Source: Cyanophora paradoxa CCMP329
Taxonomy: Eukaryota > Plantae > Glaucophyta
Assembly (NCBI GenBank): GCA_004431415.1
Contig: QPMI01000601.1
Location: forward strand, 186,001-250,000
DNA length: 64,000 nucleotides
Direction: 5' to 3'
The translations under genes were made by a program, and so were the position numbers. Shown here one piece after another: positions 34,411 through 45,776 of this stretch. Below the pieces are notes generated by a model. It ran no database searches, was not told the DNA's origin, and saw only the letters and a program-made list of their open reading frames with translations. Each line of letters begins with the position of its first letter. Position 1 is the first letter of the stretch.

Positions 34411-34632
34411 AGCTTAGAGGCCTTGGCTGCGAAGCAAGACTGAGGCTTGTACCCCAGGGGCGCACTTATAACTTGTAAGTGCGCCCCTTGTACATATGTG
34501 CGTAAGCAAGGCTGCCTTTATTTGGCAGCCATACACTGCCCTATGCTACGCTGACGCTCACATAGGTTCGAGTATGGCTGCCACGGCAGCCTTGCTTACA
34601 GCAAGCTAAGCACAACATGTCTTGTCATGAAG
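34411..34632 (-). repeat. Internal Y-X junction copy lying between gag and pol
   Basis: X (34411-34574) and Y (34572-34632) overlap by GTA. Confidence 0.95.
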
Positions 34633-35364
34633 AATATAAGAGTGAGCGTGTCAATGTGCTTGTTGGTTCAAGTCTTGAGCTCACATGCACACACAGTGCC
34701 ACAATGCACCCACAGTGCCACAACACATTTGCACAGGCATGGACTTTCTGGATGAATGCGCCAACCTGCGATATCAGCGGGAACAGTTGGCATCATGGAA
34801 TCTTCGTACCCTTGTGTACTCCTCACCTGCAAAATGCACTAGGTTAATTTCAGAGCGCCCAGTATGCGATAGCGACACACGGGAAGGCCGGAGGGGGCCA
34901 GGAGCTCGACAGCCAGCAGCACTCCTGACCTGTGCTGGAAACAGGTCAGTTGCCGGGAGTCAGCTGGGGCTCTGCCAGGTTGGAGTCATCCAGACGGCAA
35001 TATATGCCACTAGCATTGAAAAGAAAAGTAGACTACAATCACAGTCACACTTCACAGTGTTAACACATGCAAATGCACACAGGACCAATGCATAAAGCCA
35101 CAGCACGCCGGCGCCACCACGGCTGGTAATGACTATGCCGCACCCGGCCACAATGCCGCACCCGGCCACATGTACACCATCACATGAAATGGAAGCATAA
35201 TACATGTATTGCATGTTTAGGGAAGCATACACGCACACTCTAGATCTTCTGAAGACTGCACTTGCATATGCTAGCAATACTTATGCTTGCAAGAACACAC
35301 CGAAACACTAGTATCTAGCGAAATGCGAAACGAAAACTGCGCGTCCACACAAGGGCGCGCACGT

Positions 35365-36453
35365 CTACTTGGGGGGGTCGCGCCAGCCGGGGCGCGGCTC
35401 GTTCGGGCAATCCTTCACGACATGCCCGGGCTTGTTGCAGCGGAAACACATCCCGCTGTTGCGCTGCGACGGCGGGCGATCGCGGCCCTGGTGCTGGGGC
35501 CGCGGGTTGGCGTGCTGCACATACGGGCGCCCGCCGGCGGCCTCCGGGCCAGCAATGTTGAGCGCGTGCGCCAGCGCCGCAGCCGTGCCCCGATACTCCT
35601 CTGGCACACCTGCCAGCCGCTCGGCAAGCTTGTCGCCGCCCTTGTCGCGAATGTCGATCCGCTTCCGGAGCTCGTCGAGGATTTTGAGGCTCTGCTTTAC
35701 GTGATCGTAGCACGCAGTGCACGAAGAGCATCTCTTGAGCTGAAACTTAAGCTGCGATAGCTGCAGGGCAAGCTCACGAAGCCACGGGTTTTTGAGCTGC
35801 ATAGCCTCATGGTTGTCTTTCTGCTGCTCGCCGAGCTGCTGCTGCTGCTGCTCTTGAAGCTTGATGACCGCGCTATCTATCCCACGCTGAAGTAGCTCAG
35901 CCCACGCTGGCGGAAGCGCACCCGCTGCCGGTTTGGTCGACGTTGGGGCAGTCGAGTTGCCAGCGGGTACAGCATAAGGGCCTTGAAGGTGACGGGTGAA
36001 GCCGGTTGACGGGCCAGCCGCGCCCGGATCCACTTGCGCCAAGTTCGGAAAGTTGCGCGCAGCCACTTGCTCTTCCTCGTCGTAGGCGCCACCGAACTGC
36101 TCACGCTGTGCCAGTCTAACGGCAACGTCGTCCTCAGGTTCATCTTCTGGGTCGGACTGCTGCTGGTCCGGATCCGGCGACACGGCTTTCTCCTTGCCTT
36201 TGCGAGATCGCGTCGGCGGAGGTGCAGGCTGCTCCTCCTCCGCACTGTCGTTGGCCGGAGCTTGAAGACGAGATGACGACCTCCGGGCCTGGGGCGCGGG
36301 GGTCGTCGCCGTCTTGGGTTTGGCCGACTTGCGCGCACCAGTGGCCGTTGACTTGCGTTTCTGCGCCGCCTCGGCACAGGCGACGAGCAGAATGATGGTC
36401 AAGACGACTACGAACAGAGGGGCCCACGATGGGCTCCTCCGCGAGCGAGCCAT
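35365..36453 (-). CDS. Gag-like protein with CCHC zinc knuckle and N-terminal hydrophobic signal-like segment
   Basis: CFRCNKPGHVVKDC near the C-terminus; coiled-coil/poly-Q middle; N-terminus MARSRRSPSWAPLFVVVLTIILLVACAEA. Confidence 0.85.
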   Translation of the reverse strand: MARSRRSPSWAPLFVVVLTIILLVACAEAAQKRKSTATGARKSAKPKTATTPAPQARRSSSRLQAPANDSAEEEQPAPPPTRSRKGKEKAVSPDPDQQQSDPEDEPEDDVAVRLAQREQFGGAYDEEEQVAARNFPNLAQVDPGAAGPSTGFTRHLQGPYAVPAGNSTAPTSTKPAAGALPPAWAELLQRGIDSAVIKLQEQQQQQLGEQQKDNHEAMQLKNPWLRELALQLSQLKFQLKRCSSCTACYDHVKQSLKILDELRKRIDIRDKGGDKLAERLAGVPEEYRGTAAALAHALNIAGPEAAGGRPYVQHANPRPQHQGRDRPPSQRNSGMCFRCNKPGHVVKDCPNEPRPGWRDPPK

Positions 36454-36459
36454 GACCTC

Positions 36460-36623
36460 AGCTTAGAGGCCTTGGCTGCGAAGCAAGACTGAGGCTTGTA
36501 CCCCAGGGGCGCACTTATAACTTGTAAGTGCGCCCCTTGTACATATGTGCGTAAGCAAGGCTGCCTTTATTTGGCAGCCATACACTGCCCTATGCTACGC
36601 TGACGCTCACATAGGTTCGAGTA
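36460..36623 (-). repeat. X repeat, terminal copy (164 bp)
   Basis: Identical to 34411-34574; contains hairpin GGGGCGCACTTA-TAACTTG-TAAGTGCGCCCC. Confidence 0.95.
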
Positions 36624-37122
36624 GTTCGCAGCTGTCACTGAGTCAAGACACCTCGAGCTTAAGCTTCAGCACACAAAAATCTTTTGCACAGAAGAAGTAC
36701 AGCGCAACTTGGCAAGTATACGTATACGTACTTCAAAACTGCACAAAGTCGTACACAAACCTTAAATCTCCGTAAGTCTCAGATCGCAAGATTCGCCTCA
36801 CTCTTACACGCAAGCACGACTCAAATCTAAGCTTACTAGTTGAGCAATCCAAATACAGTGAAACGCTTAAGCTCCGATTTGAAAACGAGAGGCCGTATAC
36901 GTATCGAGTACGATATATCGATATCTAGGTCTGAGTTCGACTTGACTTAAAAGGTGAAATAGTGAACAGGCGTTGAGTTCTACATCTGGACACGATATGT
37001 ACAATTACAATCAGTTCAAATTCTAGAAAAGCACGCGATATGTAAAGACCCTCGACGTTTCTTGCAGTGCGCTGCGGTTGCTGCAACTGCAAGTGGAGGG
37101 ACCCGGCGCGGCCGCTGGGTGG

Positions 37123-40100
37123 TCAGTGGTGGGGGGGCCGGCCCTCGTCGCCCCCCTCGCCCTCCTCGTCGTCCGAGTCGTCCCGCGCCCCAAAGTACGG
37201 CGCCTGCCCCCGGCGTTAAGGGAAGGAAGAAGACGTGGGGCGGGGCGGGGCGGGCGGACGAAGAAGGGGTCGTCGGTGGCAACCTCGGGGGGCACGGTGG
37301 AGAGGAGCTGCCCGAGGCGCCCCGACTCGCGCTTGAGGTGCAGCAGCATCGGCCGGAACAGCAGCAGCGAGACCGCCGCCAGCAGGCCCAGGTGCGCCGC
37401 TGCGACCCGCCCCGAAGTCAGCGGCCCTGCTTCCCTTCCTCGCCTCCAAGGCTCAAAGCTTAAGCAAGGCGCCCAGAACTTCTTGGGCGCGCACCGAGGA
37501 AGGCGACCTGGGCGGTGGCGACGGCCGCGAGGCGGTCCATCTGCCCCGGCCCCGCCGCGTCAGACTCCGATCGCGGGGGGCGGGGGCGGGGGCGGGGGCG
37601 GGGGCGGGGGCGGGGGGCGCGAGGGGCGCACGTGCTCCTGGAAGTAGAGGTTGATCGCCCGCTGCGTCCCTGCGGGGGCGGGCGGCCTCGGGGTCAGGGA
37701 CCCGCAGAGGCGAGCTGGAGGGGGTTACCGCTGCGGGCGCCGCACCGTCGAAGAAGTCTCCGATGGCGGGGGACGTCGACTCGACGAGGAACGCCAGCGC
37801 CCGCGAGCGCGCGCCGAGCGCCCCCGCCGAGTACGCCCCGGGGGGGAGCTCCCGCGCCCGCAGGCCGTGGTAGCCCCGCAGGGGCGCCCCGGGCTCCGCG
37901 CTGGGGGCCGCCAGCGCCGCCTCCGGGATGCGGTTGGGGTAGCCGTCGTACCTGTGTGCACGCCGGCAGGCGGCCTGAGCAGAGTGAACAGAAAGGAGAT
38001 GAAGGGCCAGCCGCACCGGCAGGCCTCGGAGTGGAGGAGGTCGAGGCAGGGGCTGGCGCGCACCGCCTCGGCGGGGGGCGCGTAGCCCGGGGCGCCGTAC
38101 CAGAACTCCTGCAGCAGCCGCTCCGCGCTCTCCAGGAAGAAGTAGACCAGCGAGTCGAAGCCCTGCGCGGGGTGAGGGGCCGGCCGGAGGGAGGGGGGCG
38201 GGAGGGAGGGGGGGTACCTGGGTGATGCGGGCCGGCTCGACGCTGCGGTTGGGGACCCCGCACGCCGTCTGGTTGAGGAGGAGGCACCCCGGCTTGTACA
38301 GCAGCTCCTCCATCGGCGGGTACCTGCCGCCCAGCATTAGAGTCGAAACAGCAAAGGAAGAAATGAAGAGGGGACCGGAGGGAGGAGCCCGGGAGGCGGA
38401 AGGCGGGGTCCCCGAACTTCAAACCCTCGTGCACGCGCCGGCAGAAGCGCGCCGTGGAGGCGAGCAGGGGGCCCAGCAGCGCCCTCGGCAGCAGCGCCCC
38501 GTCGTCCAGCACCAGCTCCCGCGCCAAGAAGGAGACCTGGGGCGGCTCGGAGGGGGCGGGGGGGAGGGGCGCGGGAGCGGGAGGGGCGCACCATGCGGGA
38601 GGAGAAGCGGCGGCGCCCGCCCGACTCTGCGCGCGGCGGGCTCGCCGGGGGCGAGGGCGAGGGGAAGCGGGGGGGCGGGGGGAGGGGGGGCTCGAGGGGC
38701 GCACGGATCTCGGAGGAGATGTACTTGCCGGAGTTGATGGCAAGGTACATCGTCAGGAAGTTCGCCAGCGCGCTGCGGGGCGGAGGGCGAGGGGTCAAGG
38801 AGGGGCAGGAGGGGCGCGGGGGAGAGGGCCGCGCGCACATGACGGCGACGAGGGTGAAGGCGAGGGCGAAGCGCGCCGCGAAGCGCCGCAGGATCCCCGC
38901 CCGGCCCCGCCCCGGCCCCGCCCCCGCCCCCGGGCCGGCCCTCTGCTCCCGCTCGGCGGCCTCGTCCCGGGGGCCGGCGGGGGCGGCGGGGGCGGCGTGG
39001 GGGACGGTGAACTGCTGCGCGAAGGGCGAGAAGGCGATCGAGCGGCCGCGGTGCTGCAAGCCGCCCGCCTCCTCCTCGGGCTTCAGCTTCGGGCCGCCGC
39101 CGCCGCCGGCCCGAACGAGCAGGTCCTCGCCCGAGGGCGGCGCCGGGTGCACGGCGGCGGCGGCGGCGGCGCTGGCGCCCGAGAGGAGGCGCCGCCCGCC
39201 CCGCACGCTCCCCTCCCACGAGGGAGCACCACGGGCTGTGCCCCGCCCTTGCCCTCCCCGGGCCCCGCCTTGGCGGCGGGGAAGCTCCCGGCGCTGGCGA
39301 TGAGCATGTGGACGAAGGCCGCGTCGTCATCCTCATCGCCGCCCCGCTCCTTGGCGCCCTTGGCGGGGGCCGGCGCCCCCCGGGGCGAGCCGCCGCGGGA
39401 CGAGCCCGAGGCCGGCACGAGGGGCCCGAGCCGGCGCCCGAGCCCGAGGCGCCCGAGCCGAACGAGCCCCGCCCCGCGCCCCGCTCCGTGCCCTGCCCCG
39501 GGGCGCCCGTCAGCGGCGGGAGCGCCGCTGCGGCGGCGTCGGCGCCGGCGCCCCGCACCGCGTCGAGGATGAGGCCCGGGGCGCCGGCGGGGCCCTGGGG
39601 CGGGATGGCGATCGCGACCACCGAGTCGCGCCCCGCGCCGGCCCCGCCCTCCTCCTCCTCGTCGTCGTCGTCGTTGTCGGGGCCGAGGGCGAGGGCGGCG
39701 GGGGCGGCGGGGGCGTGGACGCTCCCGCCCGCCTCCGCCTCGCGGTCCGTGAACGTGCCGGCCTCCGAGTCGAGGTCGAAGACGCGCGAGCCGGCCACCG
39801 CCGCCCTCCCGGGCGGCCTGCGCCGCGCCTTGCCCTTCGGCTCCTCCTCCTCCATTTCCTCCGCCGCGGCGAGCTCCGCATCGGACGAGGCGGCCGAGGC
39901 CGACCCGCGGCGCCCCGCGCGGCCCCGGCCCCGGCCCCGCGCCCGCAGCCGCGCCCTCCCGCCAGCGCCCTCGAGCTCCGCCTCGAGGCTCTCGCGGCGG
40001 GCGAGGGTGACGTCCATGCCGGCCCCGGCGCCGGCCTCCTCCGCCTCCTCCTCGTCGGGCATGGAGAGGGGCACCTCGGAGGGGCGCCGGTCCAGGGCGC

Positions 40101-43100
40101 CCCCGAGCGACTGCTCGTCCCCCTCCTCCTCGTCCTCCGACTCCGCCACGTACTCCCGGCTCTGTGCGCGCGCCCCGACGTGAGCCGCCCCCGTCGTTAT
40201 ATTCAGAGGTCCCTCGAGCTCGCGAGCACCTTGTAGAGGGCGTAGACGCGGCGGAAGCTGCGGCGGGGGACCTTGGCGAGGACCTCGCCGCACCCCACCG
40301 ACGCCTCCCGGATCCTGCCCCGCGAGTCGTTGAGACTACGCAAGGGGCGGCTCGGCTCGGACGATAGGGGAGCGGGCGGACCGGCGGAAGATGGCGTCGG
40401 GGCGGAGGGCGACAAACGCCAGCGCCACAATCGTCAGCACCTGCGCTCGCCCGGCCCGGCTCGAGAGGGCGGAGGCGGAGGCGGGGGCGGGGACGGGGCG
40501 GGGTGGGCGGGCCTCGAAGAGGAAGAGGGCGAGGAGGATCATCTGCCGCGCGAACGTCGCCGAGTAGATCTCGTCCTGCGCCCCCGGGCCTCAGAACAGG
40601 ACAGCACGAAGAAGAAGCAGCAGCAGCGGAGGAAAGGCGGCGGGCCTCGAAGGCGGTGACGACGGTGTTGAGGGAGGCGAGCACGGAGTAGAGCCTGCCC
40701 CACCCCGGCGCTCAGGGGAGGCCGGGGGCGCGGGCGGGGGCCGGCTCGCGGGGGGAGCGCGGGCACCCGTTGTCGAGGAGGAAGCGGAGCGGGGCGTGCT
40801 GCGTGCTCCAGTCCCCCGCGAACTGCGAGGCCGGCCCGCTCGCGATCGCCGTCGCCGCCGCCACCGCCTGCCGCCCCGGCCCGCCCCGTCAGTCAGCCCG
40901 TCAGCGCCAAGCTGAGGGGGCGCGGCCCGGGCCCGGGCTCGCTCGCCTGCTCCATGAGGTCGAGGGCGTTGAAGTGGTCCAGCACCAGCGCCGGCGCCTG
41001 CGGGGGAGGGGGCTCAGGCGCGACTCGTCGGGAGGGAGGGGAGGGGGTGCAGGGCACCTGCGTCGGGGGCGACACGAGCCGCAGCGCCGGCCACACTGCG
41101 CGCGCGCGCGGCGTCAGCCTCGCGCCCGCCCGACTCCGCCCCCCTCAGCGAGGGGGCCGGGCGCACCGGGCCGCTGCCAGACGGCGGGGGTCCAGGCGAA
41201 GGCAGCGGACTTGAGGTACAGCGCCTGGTGGATGCGCTGCGCGTCCCCCGCGAAGCGCCGCAGCGAGGCGGTGGCCGCCGCGTAGGCCGCCGTCTCGTTC
41301 GCCGAGGCCGCCATCTGCGCCGACCGCGCGAAGAACATCACGTCTGCCGGCGATCGCGGCGGCCCGTCAGAACAGATACACCCAATCTGAAGCACTGCTG
41401 CATTCGGACCCATGAGGAGCTTGCGGCGGAGGCCGGCGTTGTTGAGGTCCGTGAGGGACTCGTCGTAGAGGCGGAAGAGCTGCCGGGGCCGCGGCCGGGG
41501 CGGTCGGCGAAGGCGCCGGGGCGAAGGCGAGGGGCCCTCCGGGGCACCTGCTGGGAGACTACGAAGAAGACGACGGGCTCGGCGACCAGCACCCCCACGC
41601 ACCCCGCGATCACCCAGAAGAGCGTCTGCCGCGGGACGTCAGCGCCCTCGCGGCCTTTTCGCGCGCTATTCTTGTTATTTGATTTCGGGTCTTTCATAAA
41701 TTGTGGGGCCGGACGGGAAACGGATTAAGGTTCAGCAGGAAATTCGCGCGAGTGCTTCGAGAACTCAACGTGCTAGAAGTATGCCCCCCTGCCCCTCGCA
41801 CCTGGACGGCGCGGTTCTTGCGGAGGCGGGGGGCGGCGGCCCCGCGGCGGCGCCCCGCGACGCTCCCGTCGCCCACGCTGGAGCCGCCGTCCGTCGAGGA
41901 GCCCCGCGCACTCGACGCCTCCGCGTCGCCCCCGCCCCCGGCCCGCGCGTTCTGCTCCTCCACCTTCAAACGCGAGTCAGGCCCGAGAAGAAAGCAGAGA
42001 AGTGAGCGGAGAAGAGCGGACGTAGTCGGCCTGGGCGAAGAAGGAGTCGGCGGCGCCGGCGTCGTTCTCGATGTCCCGCAGGAAGACCGCTGCGAGGTGC
42101 GGGAAGCTCGGCGCGGAGCGGAGGGAAGCGGGTGGGGCGGGCGGGCGGACCGTAGTGCCGGAGCAGGGGGACCGAGGTCGGGAAGTGCTGCCGGGGCGGT
42201 GAGGGGAAGTCCCTCCAGGAATCAAAAACCCGTCCGGGCGCCGCACCTCGAGCATGCGCTCGTAGACGGCGGCGGCGCGGCGGCGGGCGCGGTCGACGGC
42301 GTCGAGGCGGCGGCCGGCGGAGTCGGCGTCGCGGTGGCCCGTGGAGGCCGCCCACTTGTAGAAGCCCCGCAGCAGCTTCAGCGCCTCGTTGTGGCTCTGC
42401 ACGCAGAGCCGAAACCAAAGGCGAGCTCAAAGCTTAAGACTACGAAAGCGCCGCGGCGGGGCAGGCGGACCCGGATGGCGGTGCGCATGTCGCGCTGGAA
42501 CTCCATCATCTGCACGATGTTGAGCTTCTGGCCCGAGCGCCCCGCCGCCGCCCCCGCCGCCGCGTGCGCCTGCCCCGGCCCCGCCCCTCAGCACGGGAAG
42601 AGAGGGAGGGCAGAAGGGGCGGGCCTGGTCATTTCGGAGCTGGTAGGCGAGGAATCGGTGGTCGAAGCGCGCTTTCAGCTGCGCGAACCGCTGCCACTCC
42701 CCCGACACCTGTGAAGATCTAGAAGTCAGGCAGAGCTGAGGGGCGGGGCGGGGCGGGCGGGGCGCGCCTCGCCGTCGGGGGCGTTGAGGGCGTGGAGGAA
42801 GACGATGCGGGCGAGGGAGACGAAGGGGGAGCCGGCGGCGAACTGGCGCGCCCCCTCCGCGAACACCCCGTCCGCCCGCTCCATCTGCGGGGATCCGAGG
42901 AGGTGAGCCCGGGGCCAGGCCCGGGGAGCCTAGGGCGGGGTCGGGGGCAGGCCTTCTCGGCCTCCTCGCCGCCGGAGGTGGAGCCCTCCTTGTCCTTGCG
43001 GTCGTGCAGGAAGCGCGTCGCAACCTGGGCGGGCGGCGGTGAGGAGAGGAGAAGGGGCCGGGCGGGGCGGCGGGGGGCCGGGCGCGCGCGCCTCGACGTC

Positions 43101-45134
43101 GGTCTCGATCCAGAAGTAGCGGGCGCTGACGCCCAGCGCCCCCACCTCCTCCGCCACCGACGCCCGCGCCGTCGTCGCGATCGCGTTCAGCGCCGGCGGC
43201 GGGGGCGGGAGGGCCGGGGCGCCGGCGGAGGCCGCTCCCAGCTGCAGGGAGCTGCGCGAGGCCGCCGCGATGCTCGCCATGCTCATCGACCGCACGAACG
43301 AGGCCACGCCCGAGACCTGGCCGAGGGCCCTCATCAGTTCAAGAGAGTGAGGAGCTCTTAGTTGGGGGGCGGACGCGGGCGTGGGCGTGGACGATGGCGG
43401 CGGAGTGGACGGCGAGGAGGCGGCGGTGGCGCCAGCGCGCGAGGGCCGCCCCCGGCACGAACGCCAGCGCCGTGGCGAGCAGCAGCGCCACCGAGGCCCC
43501 GAGGCGGGCCCCCTCGGGCGTCGAGGCCGGCAGCAGCGTGAGCAGCAGCGTCGCCAGCCCGAAGAAGGAGGTCGAGGAGAGCAGGCCCGCCCGCAGCGCG
43601 TTCACACGGTACTTGCTGCTCGCGGCGAGCGTTAGCCGGGCGGGGGCGGGGGTTGAGGGGGCCGGGCGGGGGCCGCACTAGAAGGGCAGGACGATGGCGT
43701 AGAGGGCGGAGAGGGCGGCGGCGACCAGCGCGAGGACGAGGGGCACGACGGGCGAGTCGGGCGGGAGGAGCGCCGCCACGAGGACGAGGAGGGAGCGCCC
43801 CGCCGTGTACGCGAACTCGCACCGCCCGTGCGCCGCCGCCACCAGGTCCCCGCTGCGCGGCCTTAAGCTTAAGGACGAGAGAGAAGATTTTGTGAGATCA
43901 GCACCTCTTCCAGGAGTAGTTGTAGTAGAGGAGGGAGACGGTGAGGCCGAAGGCGAGGAAGGGGAGGAGGAGGAGGCTGGAGACGGCGCTGTAGAGGGCG
44001 AGGGGGAAGGCGAGGCAGGCGGCCCCGAGGGGTGCCCCCAGGTCCTCCGCCAGCTGCGGCGAGCCGGCCGCGCACTGCAGCCCCACCAGCAGGTAGCTCA
44101 GCGTCTGGTCGAGGGAAATCAGGGGGCTCTCGCGATCGGGGGGAAGTCCGGAGTCGGAGGGGGCGCGAATGGGGGTACCGGGATGAAGAACGCCGTGACG
44201 AGGGTACCCGTGAGGAGCCGCAGCGCCTTCACCGGCCACAGCGTCGTGTAGATCTTGCGCTGGGGTACGGCGATACATAAGTCGGGTGTGCAGGGTACGG
44301 GGTTCCGGGCGGGAGGGGGGTACGGGCGCACGCGGAAGAGGACGGCGACGAGGGCCGTGTCGGCGAGGGCCTGGGGGGCGCGGGCGCTCAGGGGCCCCGC
44401 ACCACATCGAGAACTCAGCGCATCTAATCCAATCTATGGCTAAACCTAGACCAGCAAGAACACGTGCAAAGCCAGCACGCTTTAAGTCCAGGAATTCAGT
44501 TCAATCTCGCACCAGGAAGACGAGGGCGACGGAGAGCCAGAAGAGGGCGAGGAAGCCTGCGCGCGGGCGGGTTCGATTCCAAGGCGGCTGGGGGCGCGCG
44601 GGGCGGGGCGGGGGCGGGCCGGCGCTGCCGAGGGGCCCCAGGACGATGCTCGAGAGGTTGCCCAGCACGTCGACTGCGAGGGCGTGAGGGGATCGGAGGC
44701 GCGGGGCGGGCGGGCGGGGGCGGGGCGGACTCCAGCGGACGGCGCCCGGGTGCCAGGCCGAGGCGGACTGCGCCGCGTACGCCAGCAGCTGGAAGAAGTC
44801 CGGGATCCACAGCAGCTGCCCGCGACCGGCCGGCCGGGCGGAAGCTTTAAGTGAGCCGACGAGGGGCGGGCCGAGCCGCCCAGCCGGGGCGCCCGGGCGC
44901 ACCGGGCCGATGAGCTTCTCAGTGGACGTCTTCTCCTTCTCCCGCTCGCACAGCGCGTAGAAGCTGAACGCGGCCGCCCGCCCGCGCTCAGAAGCGGCGG
45001 GGGGGCCGTGGCGTGGCGGGCGCGGACACTGGGAAGAGGAGGCCGTCGAGGCGGCGCTTCTTCTCCGCCGTGCGCGGCAGCTCCGCGAAGAGGGCGCCCC
45101 GCCCCGCCCCGCCCGACCCCCGCCGCGCCGTCAT
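37123..45134 (-). CDS. TmcB/TmcC (tiny macrocysts)-like large membrane protein: N-terminal TM region, TPR-like helices, C-terminal TM region
   Basis: IYTTLWPVKALRLL, AAAHGRCEF, VNALRAGLL, RFDHRFLAYQ, YERMLE..FPTSVPLLRHY..FLRDIEND, SGRRRF, HEGLKFGD, LFRPMLLHLKRESGRLGQLLSTVPPEV. Start codon uncertain. Confidence 0.7.
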
Positions 45135-45776
45135 CGGGCCCGCGCCCCGCCCCCCGTCGCCCGCGCCGTACGCTCGCCCCTGTCGCGAATTCGAACTCGG
45201 CGCGGTCCGGCTCGCTTCGCGTCGCGCGCGCGTGGCGGCCGCGGCCGCGGGCGCACCCGCGCCATTCGAAGATCTAGACGCGACGCCGCCCTCGCAGCCG
45301 CCGACGCCGCCGGGTCTTAACGAGGTTAATCAGGATAAGATAAAAACCGCCCTGGAGAGAGCCCCGCCGTGCGCTGCTTGAGCGGCTGCGCGGCGCGGCG
45401 GCTGCGGATGCTAGGAACTGCTGATGTCCAGCTAAGGGACGTCGATGAGCCGGCACCGTTCGAGGACTGCGCGGGTTCAGCGCGCGAGCTGCGCAGCCTG
45501 CGCAGCGCAGCCTGCGCCGCGCGCGCGCGGCCGAGCAATATTTTAATTCGCATGCCGCGACTCCCGCGAGCTCCGACAGCCTCCGAGTCGCCATTTGGGC
45601 TCATGGCTTCCGTGCATTTATGATTCATCGCAACTTTCGCTCGAATAATGCGTTCGCGGCCGACGGCCGTACGCCTGTTCGGCGAGAGGGCGCGGCTTGG
45701 CGAGCTCGTATACCCGAGAAATCTCCCCCCCCCCCCCCCGCAAACAAACCGCTGCGGCGACCGCAGAAAGCGAGCG

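Larger units (their letters stand above)
30753..36623 (-). mobile_element. Tyrosine-recombinase (DIRS order, PAT-like) retrotransposon with split direct repeats
   Basis: gag, RT-RNaseH-methyltransferase and YR ORFs. Identical 164-bp X repeats (34411-34574, 36460-36623) and 61-bp Y repeats (30753-30813, 34572-34632). GTA is shared by both ends and the internal junction. GC is lower than the host. Confidence 0.95.

Noticed and set aside
34960-35277. Hydrophobic 105-aa ORF after gag as an env-like gene
   Set aside because: Non-ATG start, and the TG-rich UTR composition explains the hydrophobicity. Worth revisiting only if conserved among copies.
30753-36623. LTR retrotransposon or assembly duplication
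   Set aside because: No integrase, protease, TG..CA ends or TSD. The repeats join precisely at GTA, as expected for a YR element.
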